A stretch of DNA of 64,000 bases from Gracilinanus agilis (taxonomy: Eukaryota), in the NCBI RefSeq assembly GCF_016433145.1, contig NC_058133.1, forward strand, positions 257,983,264-258,047,263, in the 5' to 3' direction. Both the position numbers and the translations under genes were made by a program. Positions 1 through 12,200 of this stretch are shown piece after piece (within the stretch, counting starts at the first letter, position 1; every line of letters starts with the position of its first letter). The notes under the pieces were generated by a model, which was given only the letters and a program-made list of their open reading frames with translations, made no database searches and was not told the origin of the DNA.

Positions 1-228
1 ACAAATCTACCACAACACAAAGCCATTCTCCACCTCATTATGAGCCTGTTTCCCACGATACCAAGTAACTGAGCTCTCCAAGTCCCCTCTTCTAAAATTC
101 CCCCCAATCACTCAGTTTTACCAAAACTTACTTCAAAGCCCTGACCCTATAACCACACTATAGAAAAAGTCTTTTCTTGGGTTGTAGGGGAGGTAGCAGC
201 AGGTTTATATATGATTTATTATATATCT

Positions 229-468
229 GGCAGCTAGGAGGTGTAGTGCGTAAAGTGTCAGGCCTGGAATTAGGAAGACACTTTGTGAGTTCAAATCTGG
301 CCTTATTGGCTGTGTGACCCTAGGGAAATCAATTTACCATGGTTGCCTCAGTTTTCTCATATGTAAACTGATTTGGAGAAGGAAATGGCAAAGCACTCCA
401 GTATCTTTGCCAAGAAAACCCCAAATAGGGAAACAAAAAATTTGACAAGACTGGAAAATGACTGAACT
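229..468 (+). mobile_element. MAR1-type CORE-SINE, representative of many copies throughout the window
   Basis: ggcagctagg...gagttcaaatctggcc...gctgtgtgacc core, followed by the ggagaaggaaatggcaaagcactccagtatctttgccaagaaaacc tail. Related copies near 5410, 11510, 14100, 43900, 50680, 52340, 53290, 54970 and 56970. Confidence 0.8.
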
Positions 469-3336
469 AATTGAACTCTTGTGCATAGGCCCAAGATAGA
501 GAAAGTCCTTTGTTCTTATCCTATTTACTATTTTTTTTGAAGCTTCCCAATATTAGTGAATGTGATCAGAGTAGCAACCTTATTTACTACGTTGGTATCT
601 CTAGATTACTATAGATTTTCAAAGATTATGCCAGTGGGACACAGGATTTCGTATAGCCTGACATTCTGCAAAAGCTTAAAGTTAGAATTTGTTTCTTGTC
701 TGAGGAGCAATCTAGCTAAAATGTATTGCAATGCAAACAGTAAATTAGATACTAGGTCATGAATTATTTTACTATGCAACCCCCATACACAAACAAAAGA
801 AGTGAACCTCAGAAATCTGTCTTCTAATTTTTGGAGTGTTGGAAAAGTGGGAAAAGGGTGTTAGTCACAATTTTTGGCCATCTATAAAAATAACAAGTTA
901 TTTAAAGTTTGAGATTTTCATATTCTCTTACAACAATGATCAATGTGAAAGCATGTTTATAATTCGGATCAAATCGCTTACCATATCTTAATGGGTGGGG
1001 AGAGAGATGATTTAGATCTTATAATATCAGATATGATCTCTGAGAAATAAAGGGGAATTCAATTCATTAAATATTTATAAAGGGGTCAGTCATGTGGTAG
1101 GATCTGAGATAAAAATGAAAGTGTGCCTACTTTAAAAGAAGTTATATTTTACTAGGAGGAACTGATGTATACATAGATAAGTCTAATAAATTGTAGAGAA
1201 TCTTAATAGTCTGTGTTTTTAAAATTTTCTAGTCTTTTTTGATATCTCTTCTCAGTATCTCATCCTCATTCTACTGCCAGAATCTCACCTTCCCCCCTTT
1301 TTCTCTGGTATCTTATGTGTTTGAAATTTCCCATCATAGAAATTCCTGTGCCAAATCCATCTCAATTCATTTGTTTGCATCTGAATACTGCCTCTGAATA
1401 TTCTTTGTTGTTTGACCTTAAAGTATGTAAACAGAAAATGTATGAAAGGAAAATGCATAGAAATTACTGACAAAATAAAAAAGCAGATAGTATATAACTT
1501 TACTGTAAATGTTAATAAGTGATGCCTAGGAACTGATATGGGGTCAACTGAATAAATCATCTCAATTCAATTGTTGCCTCAGACACTTCCCAGCTGTGTG
1601 ACCTTGGGCAAGTCACTTGACCCCCATTGCCTACCCTTACCACTCTTCTGCCTTGGAGCCAATCAGAAGGTAAGGGTTTAAAAAAAATAAAAAAAATAAA
1701 AAAATTTAAAAAATCAATTCAGTTTGAATTTGGATCCTGACTCTATTTACTCCTAAGAGGAATGCCCCTAAACAAAGGTAAATCAGTACCTGAAATCTTT
1801 TACAAGTCACAGAATCACAGAATTTCAGTTTTTGGAAACATGTCACAGGATATCTAGTCTGACCTTCACATGTACAACATTCCCTACAAGAGATCACTAA
1901 GCCTTCACCTGAAGACTTCCAGTAAGGAGTCAAACCTCATGGGTATTCAGACAATTTCATGTTTTGGTTTCTTTAGTTGTATGGAGGTGATTCTCTATAA
2001 CAAACCGAATCTCTTGCACTTGATAGTCCTCCAAAGACTAAGGTATCATAGGACCATAAGATCAAATCCATATAACCCAAAGGAACACCAGAAGTCATCC
2101 AGTTCAAGTTTCATTTTACAAATTTAGAAAGCTGAGGCTTGGAGACATTAAATGATTGGCCCAAGATTGTACAAATACTAAGCAACAAAATTGAGACTCA
2201 GACTTTTGTCATCTGATTTCAAATATGAGCCTCTTTAAATAAAACATTGTTTTTAATATTCATTTAAAAATTTTATTTAAATTCAGAATTCTTTCTTTTC
2301 TTTTCTGCAGTTGAAGAGAATGCGATTTCCTGATCCCCCCTTAAATAAGAACACAGATATTAGAATTAATTGGTATTTAGTCAAAGGAAGTGATTGCTTC
2401 CTTACTCTGGGATTATTATATGTTATTTATAATATTACATATTATTATATTATATACGTGTATATAGTATATAATTATATATATTACTGTATATTATTAT
2501 TCTTGGATAGTGACTGATTAGTGATTAATAGAATTCTAGTAATTATATTTTATAAGGTTATAAGTAAAACTAGTGCATTAGCTATTACACGAATGCGGTA
2601 TATTTAGTTATTTCCTCTTTCTATTGTAACTCTACATAAGCTAGCATTTTGCAATAAGGTGTGACTCATTAGTAGGGTCCTTGCCTTCTGAGAGCATTTA
2701 GAAAGTCAGAAGGCAATGCCCTTTGAACATCCTGAGCAGACGCTTTAAGCAGAACTGCCACGATAGGCATATCTCCTTGCCTTATAAGGCATATCCACCT
2801 AATCATCTAGGGCATGTGTGGGGAACACGAGTGGCCTCCGAGCCTGTGACCTGTCCTCTGGAGGTCTATCAGGAGGAAACGTTAGGGTATATAACTGGTG
2901 GAAAACTCTCATTCAGTCGTCTTAGGTATGAGGAAACCTAATGATCCAGCTTTGCTGAGAGACATGAGCCTCTCTCAACAAACCTGTGATTGGCTTGGAG
3001 TTTGTCTCTTTGCTTTCTTTCAGTCTGGCTGAAAAATATTCATCACGCAGTCCTTCCTCCACTCACTGAGAAGCAAGCAATATATCAATCATACATGTGA
3101 AAACATGCAAAATTTATTGCAAAAAATAGACAAGAAAATTAAAGAAAATAAAAAAAATTCTTTCTAACTGAACTCAGACATTCATTAGACTTCATCTCTG
3201 GAAGTTAAAAGTATTTTTCATTATAAGTCCTTCAGATTTTCTTGGATCATTTTGTTGATTACAATAATGAAGTCATTCACAGTTGATCATTCTTACAATA
3301 TTACTCTTGTTGTGTACAGTGTATTTCTGATTCTGC

Positions 3337-3767
3337 TGTTATGCCCAGAGAAGTATCCCAATAAATGAGTCTTGAGCCAACAAAGCAAGATGCAAAGGGA
3401 CTTTATTGCCTAGCTTGAGTTAGGATCTCCCACCTAAAGTTGGTGAGTGACCCCCAGCTGTGCCTGGGCTTGAGTTTTTATGGAGTAGTAGTCAGAAGGG
3501 TAGGGGAATGTCTTTAGGTTGGGAAATCCTGCAGATAAGGGGAATGTCCTAAGGTATTCTTGTAGATAAGGGGAATATCTCCTGGGAGGAGATCCTGGGG
3601 AGAAGGTGAAGGTCTGCAAGGTAGATAAGGTCAGTCCTGGAAGACTGGAGGTCTGCAAGGTTGGGATTCTTGTGGATAATTCTATTTCACCATAATGTCA
3701 TATAAGGGTTGGGCCCATAATGTCATACAGGGGTCAGGATTCCTAGAAATATTGCTAATAAATAACA
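3337..3767 (-). mobile_element. Probable solo LTR with internal degenerate tandem repeats
   Basis: Ends TGTTAT...ATAACA (perfect 6-bp inverted), AATAAA on the minus strand near 3403, repeated gataaggggaat and ggtctgcaaggt units. No clear TSD. Confidence 0.55.
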
Positions 3768-4295
3768 TAATTCAACATTAGTTTTTTCAGTTCCAAATTA
3801 TTTTCAAGAATGGCTAGATCAGTTCAAAACTCTGCAAATAGTGCATTCGCATCCCAGTTTTTCACATTATTTTCATTTTCTATCACATTAATTGCTCTGG
3901 TAGGTATAAGGTGGTGCATCAAAGTTCTTTTAATTTGAATTTCCCTAATCAATAATGATTTAAAGCATTTATTCTTATGACTATAGATAGTTTTTATTTC
4001 TTCTTTTGAAAACTGCCTATTTATATACTTTAACCATTTATCAGTTGAGGAATGGCTTTCATTTTTATAAATTTGATTTAATTACCTATATAGTTGAGAA
4101 ATTAGGCCTTTAGCAGAGAACTTGCTTTAAATATCAATCCTGTCCCCCTCCCTCCCAGTTTCCTGTTTTCCTTCTCATCTTTACTACATTGATTTTGTTT
4201 GTGCAAAACCTTTTTAACTTAATATAATAAAACGAATCCATTTTACTTTCCATGATCTCTTATTTGGTCACAAATTCTTCCCTCATCCATAGATC

Positions 4296-4913
4296 TGTAA
4301 CAATTGAAATTCCTGAGAGGCAGTACTTCTTAATTTTAAGTTAATTTATTAATCAGCTATTCAAGATAATATAAACTAGCCAGTTGACTCCCTCCCCAAT
4401 CTGAATGGGTACACAAGAACACAGAGCAAAAGTCCTCACCTCCAGCATGCCATGTATGTATCCCTTGTGATGTCATCATTCAGTCCCTCCCATGGACATC
4501 CTAAAACGTTTCTGATTGGTAAATAGCCACTGAGAAAATGAACTTAAAGACTCCAATTCCTCCCTCATTACTTCATCACAGGAAGCGGCAGGTCTTTGTC
4601 CATAGAAGGACACCAACATACCCTTTTCTCCTCACCGTGTGACTGGGTTAGTCCAATAGAACTGCAGATTACACTCTTAATCAGGGTTTGCCATGGCTGG
4701 TTGGTTCTGCCTCTAATTCTGTTTCCTTTTAAGATCTAAACAACAACCACAAAAAGGAAGATTTCAACCTGATTTCATAGCCAGGGAGTGGGAGGGGTGG
4801 GGTGGAAATTATCTCAGATTGACCTTAGAATCAGACTGTTTGGCAGGGAGAGGGGAGTATCTAAAAGAAAATTATTTCACAAAAATATCACAATTCAATA
4901 TTCATTTTCCACA
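4296..4913 (-). mobile_element. Solo LTR (ERV1-like) inserted in L1
   Basis: TG...CA termini, 4-bp TSD GATC at 4292-4295 and 4914-4917, AATAAA on the minus strand, L1 sequence on both flanks. Confidence 0.7.
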
Positions 4914-5679
4914 GATCCAAGAGGTCAAATTTTCCATGTAACTCTAATTTGCTTATGATATCACATTCTATGTTTAAGTCACATACCTTTTTTAACCTTA
5001 TCTTAGTATATGGTATGAGATGTTGGTCTATATCTACTTTCTGCCAAACTACTTTCCAGTTTTCACAGCAGTTTTTGACAAATAGGGAGGTCTTGCACGA
5101 AAGCTTGGATTTTTGGGTTTGTCAAACAGTAGATTATGATGGTCATTTGCTACTGTGTATTCTGGACCCAATCTGTTCTACTGATCTACCACTCCTTTCT
5201 TAGCCAGTACCAGATTGTATTCATAATTATCACAGTTTGAAATCTGATACTGCTAGATTGCCTTTTTTCACATTTTTTTTCATGGATTCCCTTGATATTA
5301 CTGACCTTTTGTTCTTCCAGATACATATTCTTAAGCTCTTTAAAATACCCCTTTTGGATTGTGATTTGCATGTAAATAAATTAACTTAGGCAGAATTATA
5401 GTTTTTATTGGAACAGCTAGGTGGTATAGAGGATGCAAGCCAGGAGTCTATTCACAGACTCTTACTATATTAAATCTAGTCTCACATACTTACCAGCTGT
5501 GTGACTCTGGACAAGTCACTTAACCCCATTTGCCTTGGTTTTTTCATCTGTAAAATGAGCTGGAGAAGGAAATGGCAAATCACTCTGGTTTCTTTGCTAA
5601 GAAAATGCCAAATGGAATCATGAAGAGTAGGACAGAAAACAACCAAAGAATAATAATTGGCTCAGTGTATCCACTTTAC

Positions 5680-6185
5680 TGTTTGAGAAACGTATGTTTG
5701 GGTTTTTCTCAAGAATGAAAAACTCAGACTCTGTACATGGCAAGAAATATAGTTTTATTGGTTGCAGTAGCTAAGTTTAGAATGGCCAGAAAGGTGGAAG
5801 AAAAACTGCTCTGGATAAAAAGCTGCCCTTGGAAAAAGGTACTCTCCACACCACTCTGCCAAAATGAAGTATGAGGGGGACATGGGGAAGCAGATCATCT
5901 ACACATGTTTTAGCACCATGTACCCCCATGAACATGCACTACTGGAATGACTGCAGCAGGGATAAAATTGCAACCCCTCCACCCCAAGCCCCTGGCATTC
6001 AGATTGCTAGATTTTATTGAGGTTCTGAGGTATTGCCTCCTCCCAACCTAGGGAATTGTGCACCTTCCCTCAGATTATTCCTTTCCTGGGCATTCCAGAA
6101 AGCATTCTGGGAGAAGAGGCAGAGAAGAGGCAAGAAAAGAAGGGGGCATGCGCAGGGCTTGAAGGATTTCCCCTAATCACAAACA
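5680..6185 (-). mobile_element. Probable solo LTR inserted in L1
   Basis: Ends TGTTTG...CAAACA (perfect inverted), flanks tttac/ttttc (4 of 5 match), AATAAA on the minus strand near 5755. Confidence 0.6.
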
Positions 6186-8371
6186 TTTTCCCTTAATTGC
6201 AAAGATCTCTGGTGTGTGTGGGTGCTGTTCCCTTCTGTGTCCTGTTTAACATCATCTGTCTGGTCCTTTGAGATTGGGTGTTTGGGTGTTCTTTTTCAGC
6301 CTTACAAGCTCTTATCAAAGGGGGAAAAGTCATAACATGGTTTGGGTGTCCCCATACCCCCTTTCAGGTTTGGAATGTCAGGCAAACACTTAAACAGGGT
6401 AAGCACAAAGTTTCAGTCTACATTACAATTGGTAATATCTGCTAACTAGTAAAAAACATAAGATCTAAAAGTACTTTTTAAAAAAGGATTTCCAAGCATT
6501 TCTAAGATTTTAAAGCACCTTAAAATTTTTTTTTTGCACTGCAAAACCCCATCAACTGTTTCTCCAGTTGTCTTTGTTTGAAAAGTGTCTAAAATAATTT
6601 GTTAATATAGATTCTGGATTTGTCTAGGGAAATAAACTTCTAAGTATTTTATCTGTGATTATTTTAAAATGGAAATTCTTTTTCTATATCTTCTCTTGGA
6701 CTTGGTGATATATAGAAATGCTGATGATTTATTTGGTTTTATTTTATAGCCTGCAATTTTTCTAAAGTTGTTAATTGATTTAGTAGCTTCTTAAAGCCAC
6801 AGGTGAAAGCTAGATGATAAGTGGACACCAAAGGTCGATGGGCATCCCTGGAAAGAGCTTAGCAAGACCTCCCACCAGAGGTGATAGTTCTCCCTGTACA
6901 GCCCATACATCAGCCATTATGATCTAAATTGAAGATGGTTAAATGTTTGAAAAGAATTGAATGAAATCTGGGCAAGTAGGGATCCACAGTGATTTTATCT
7001 AAAGGGAGAGTGCTTGAAATGTTCTAAACCAAAGATGAAAAAGAAAGATCCAAATCCAGATATATTCACGTATTTATACATATGGTGAAGATGAATACTG
7101 AATAAAAAGAAACAGAGAAAATTCACAGTAAATAAGTATTCTAGGACTAGAAACTAAGTTTCTATTTTTGCTCAGAAGCCACCGCCAGTGTATTTCCCAT
7201 TAATAATTAACTTGAGTTAGTTAGCTTTTCGAAAGAAGCATTTATTAAGCTGGCCTGGTATGGACAGTTGTTACAGAATTCTCCCATCCCCTGAAAGAGT
7301 TTGGGGCTCTCTTTCACAAATATATGTAGTTTTTCTGGTGGAGAGTGAGAACAAGCTTTAAAGAATGAGGTGAAGCATACATATAGAGATCACGTGTGGC
7401 AAAAGGGCAATTCAAGGCTTCTGGTTACTAGAAATTCTTATTTCCCTTTATGGAGTGTTCATGAAGTTCTCCTTGTGCAGAGTCACATTCAGAGTACTGT
7501 AGCTGCCTTTTTGTCCTCAATGTGTCTCTCTCTGCTACCAGCTATTTTTTGACTCTGATCCATTGTCTTTAATGGCATCCTTGATGGGGGGAGGAAGACC
7601 ACTTTCTGACAGGGACAAGAGCCTTCCTTCTCAAGGTGCTTTAGGGACCAGAAGCTTCCAAAGCTTGACCACTTTACAGATGGAATGCTCCAGTGGAAAA
7701 GCATCTCCCAGCTGGTGTTTCATCCATTGCCAAAGAGTATGTCAGCTAATCCCAATACATGTTCTGTGTGGTCACCTGATTTCATCTAATGATCAAAGGA
7801 CTTCACTCCTCCCAATTTGATTTAGGACTTGTTTACATCTAATTGACTAAATCACTCAATAGAGATGGCTAGGCCTTGTGTAATTTTATTAATTGGGATG
7901 GTGGATGTAGAACACCTTCCCAAATTTCTGACACAATGTTTTCATTTTTATTTATTAAATTATTAAGTATTAAACCCTTAGAAGTTGGATGGGGCCCTTT
8001 TGGTAGCACAGTAGAGCACTGGGCTTGGAGTCAGTAAGACCTGAGTTCAGATTCAGCCTTAGATATTTCCGAGTCAATTGACCGGAGGCATGTCACTTAA
8101 CCTCTATTTGCCTTTTGGATCACTGCCAAAAAAGTTGATCCACTGGAGAAGTAAATGGCAAATTACTCTAATATTTTTACCAAGAAAAACCTCATGGTCA
8201 AATGTCCATAGGGGTTACAAAGAGTCAGAAAACAAATACACATTTTATCAGTCTTTGGAGTTACACAGTAAAAATCCCAGAAGTTGTTTCTACCCTCATG
8301 AAACTTAGACTCTACTAAAAAATTTCTCACAGTAATTATTTGATTAATATAGTAGAACTACCTCTCAGATT

Positions 8372-8377
8372 TTTATT
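8372..8377 (-). terminator. Candidate polyadenylation signal (AATAAA) for the BTN gene
   Basis: TTTATT on the plus strand about 140 nt past the stop codon. Position only, no transcript evidence. Confidence 0.35.
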
Positions 8378-8516
8378 CTACAGGCTTCCTCCACCCATTT
8401 TTTCTTAGATTTTTTTTTTTTTTGAGAATCTGGATCATGAGAGGTTACAGTTGAGATGTAATGGCTCCTGGAGGGAAATCAAAACACTGGAGATGAAAAG
8501 ATCTTTTGAGAAGATA

Positions 8517-9253
8517 TTAGGTACTGAAAAGAATCCGGATAAAGGTTACAGGATTCGTAACCAAACATCTTTTTGATCCTGAGATACTCTTTCGAGAAGA
8601 TATGAGGAAGTTGGGAGTCAAGTAGGAATCTTGGTCCCCAGTAGCCAATGGTAATGTTTTTGGAGAGGCAGAATTCCTCGAAGATGGGACAGGCTCGCTT
8701 TTGTGGCTGGTGGTTCTTTGGGCTCCTCCCAACCTATGTAATATTCCTGAAGGAACATTACAATCAGGAGACCACAAGAGGAAGAAAGGGCGTAGGGTAC
8801 CAGAGAAGGAAGTGATGTGGAATGTGTGGATGTGAGACCCATCAGTCACATTTTGAAAGGAAAGGTGCCCAAGGTGATAGTCTAGGAAAACACCAATCTT
8901 ATGGGGGGATATCCTGAGGGAGAGGAGGGTAGAAGGTGATGTAATGGCCCAGTAATCATTCCCATAGCTGCCTATTATCCAGAAACCATTCTCAGGTGTC
9001 ACTTGAGCATCTCTTGTCCTATTCACATCTTCTCTGCAGATGCCCAGGAACCACCCAGATCCAGGCCCAACTTCCACCTCCCAGTAATGTTTCCCAGATG
9101 TGATTTTCTTCTGGCCCAACACACTTGGAAGGAAATTAAATCTCTGCGGATTGTCAGGCAGATTCTGTCTCATGTTTCCACGAGTCACACACCGACCCTT
9201 CTCTGAAATGATGAGTTCAGGATGAGCTGTTTTTGAGTCCAGAGTACAGTTCA
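8517..9253 (-). CDS. BTN terminal exon: B30.2 (PRY/SPRY) domain plus about 70-aa C-terminal tail
   Basis: Acceptor ctctctctgtag|TG. Translation contains TLDSKTAHPELI, LPDNPQRF, SGKHYWEVEV, PENGFW, IGVFLDY and SFSGTLRPFF, hallmark B30.2 motifs (ORF 8517..9356). Confidence 0.96.
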
Positions 9254-12200
9254 CTACAGAGAGAGATGTGGAATCAGATTCAGAGCTTAAGAAAACATTA
9301 TTATTATTATTATTAGTAGTATTCATATTTGAGGAATAAATTGGGCTTAAATACATTAATATCCTAGGAAGACAAAGAAAAATAGACTAGAAATATGGCA
9401 TTAAAAATGAACCCTAGAATCCTGGATTTTCTCTTCCTTTATCACCAAGGGCAGCAGGTTTGAATCTGAACATTCAAAATGTTCCTGTCTAATTAGGGAA
9501 AATGTATAGATATATACATAAAAAGGATATATATATACACATAAAAAAGAATATGTGTATACACACACACACACACACACACATACATCCCACAATGAGA
9601 GCTTTAATGTGTCTATTAACTCTCATTCTTTGGATTTTATTATGTCTTCTTTTAAAAAAATTTTTTTTTATTATGTCTTCTGAAGATAATGCTACCCTTC
9701 CTCCCAGGAGGGATGTCTCCCCTCGTTAGAATGTAATATCCTTGAGGGCAAGAACTGTCTTTGCTTTATGTTTGCATTCTTCAGAGCTGGAATTATTTAG
9801 ATCCAAGTCCTGATTCTAATGCACATGGTCTGTGTGATCTCAGGCAAATAACTTATCTTCTTGGTGTCCCAGGCAATTCTCCAAGGTTGCAGAGAAGCTG
9901 CTGATGTGAGAATTTCCTACTCCAATTAAAGCTGCCTTGTCCCTCTCCATATTCCTTTATAGCAAATGCCAAGAATAAGTGATATATGGAGTCTGAACCT
10001 TTTACCAGAAAATGTACCATCACTCTATAGGGCTGAGTTAATTCTCCTTCCTCAGTTGCCCTTAGATGACTTGGCAGAAGCAATTTTGTGGTAAAGGATT
10101 ATTTGGTAAAGGTAAAATGATAAAAGTCAAGCTTGTAGCTTACTGAATAGATTTTTTAAATTTTGAAAATTTATAGAAAAAATATAAATAACTTACTAGT
10201 GACAATATGCCATTTCACCTCATATGTAAAAGAATGCCCAATATGTGCTCTCTTAACAAAGAAAAGTTGAACTTGGAGTGACTTCCTCCACCTTGACCAT
10301 GAACTCACGGATAAGCAGCATTCAGGGTTGTTTATTAACTGGAGATCTTTGTTTCAGAGACTATAATCTATCTCCTGATTGTACCTTGCTACTATAAACT
10401 AATAAATGGCTTGAATCAAACCCAGCCTCAGATACTTGCTAGCTATGTGACCCTGGATAAGTCACTGAACTTCCACCTGCCTCAGTTTCCTCAGCTATAA
10501 CATGCAAATAATAATAGTACTTGCCTTCTGGGGTTATTGTGAAGACCAAAGGAGATATTATTTTTAAAATACTTAGCTTAGTGCCTGGCATGCAGATAAT
10601 GGGGAGTGAGAGAGACCAGTATAATGAGGTGGCATACAAATTTTTGTATTTGATTTGATTTGATTTGATTTGGAGAACAGGGACACAGCCTCTAGACTGA
10701 CAGAAATAACGGAATAAAGTCAAGGGATGAATGATATCCACTTGTTCTGAAACCTTGAGAAAGAAACAGGGAGTTTAGGTAATACCCTAAAACATCTCAG
10801 TATCCACATTTGTAAAATGGAGTCATAGTACCTACTCTTAGGGTCTTTTGAGAGTAAATAGGGTAATTATAAGTATGTATGTATGTATGAATAGACTTTG
10901 CCTAATTTTAAATGAATTTAAATGTTAGCAATTATTAGTAATAGTGCTTGTTCCCTCTCCCCCATAATATCACACCGCCGTCTAGTATTGTATTTAATGC
11001 TTCAGACTTATAGTGAAAATCTTCTTTTAGGCAGAGTGATAGCCCTTTGGAGCCAGGGAGACTGGGATAAATTGAGGAAAGTAAATTAAGCTCAGCATCT
11101 CAGAAGCCTCTAGAGGGCTTTCAGGAGAGGATCCTATGAAATCTAATCAGAGATCAATGCAGTCTGTTCCTTCATTGACTTAGTCATTTTTGATTGCACG
11201 AACTCTGTTTAATAACTTAACATTTTCTAACTCCAACAAGATGCCAGGATGGAATAACTTGGGGTTCACACAGAGTCCCCCTCTAGATGCCAATATTGGA
11301 AGTCACTTTCCTACTGGGAGGAAGCTTGCTCTTCGGCATCAATCAAACAGTATTTTTTATGTTTGTGATATTCATGCTACCTATAAAGAAGTCACAACAT
11401 CAAACTCTAAAGCACCTTACTGTCTCTGTGTACGAGGTGAATAGAACTAGATGAAGTGTGCCACCTGCCTGGAATTAATGAGGAGTGCGGTAAGCACCAA
11501 ATGGAAAAACTATAAGAAACATAACCATTGTAAATATTCATATATTGTCCAATTGTTTCAATCATGGCTGGCTCTTTGTGATTCCATTTTAGGTTTTCTT
11601 GGCTAAAATATTGGAGTGGTTTGCCATTTCTTTTTCCAGCTCATTTTACAGATGAGGAAACTGAGGCAAAGTTAAGTAATTCACACAGGATCACATAGCT
11701 AATAAGAGTCTGAGACTGCATTTGAACTCAGATCTTCCTGACTCTATAGTACCACCTAGCTATTTTTCCAAGTACATGATTACAAGTACCCGAGGTTATA
11801 CAGGTCTTTGGGGGAAGAGTTGCTCATTGTTGATCGTTAATATTTTTCACTGAACTCTTGTAACCACTCTTAAAAAACCTGGGCTAAAATCTCAGTTTAC
11901 TACCTTTAAGTCCTTGGACAAGTCATTTAATCTCCTGGAGCCTCTGGGTCCTCACCCATAAAATGAATATGTTGACCTAGCGAGCTTCTGAGGTCTCTTC
12001 TAGCTCTAGTTCTATATTTCTATGATCCTGGAAAGCTTTAAATCTGTAAACTTTTTTGTTTTTTTCTTTGACATGTATTGTTTTTCTCTCATTTTTCTAT
12101 GAGTTTGCAAAGGAAGATTAGTAGTAACATTCTAGGTGATGTTACATAGTGAACTTCCCATGTTTCTTGAGAGAGCATAATGAATCAAAGTTAACAGAAA

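Larger units (their letters stand above)
3100..6790 (-). mobile_element. Old LINE-1 fragment(s) interrupted by nested LTRs and a SINE
   Basis: T-rich plus strand with L1 ORF2-like antisense sequence that resumes on each side of the inserts. Boundaries approximate. Confidence 0.6.

Noticed and set aside
9254-9356. N-terminal MYLSPIYSSNMNTTNNNNNN extension of the B30.2 ORF
   Set aside because: Lies upstream of a good acceptor at 9254. It is intronic (AAT)n repeat that happens to be open.
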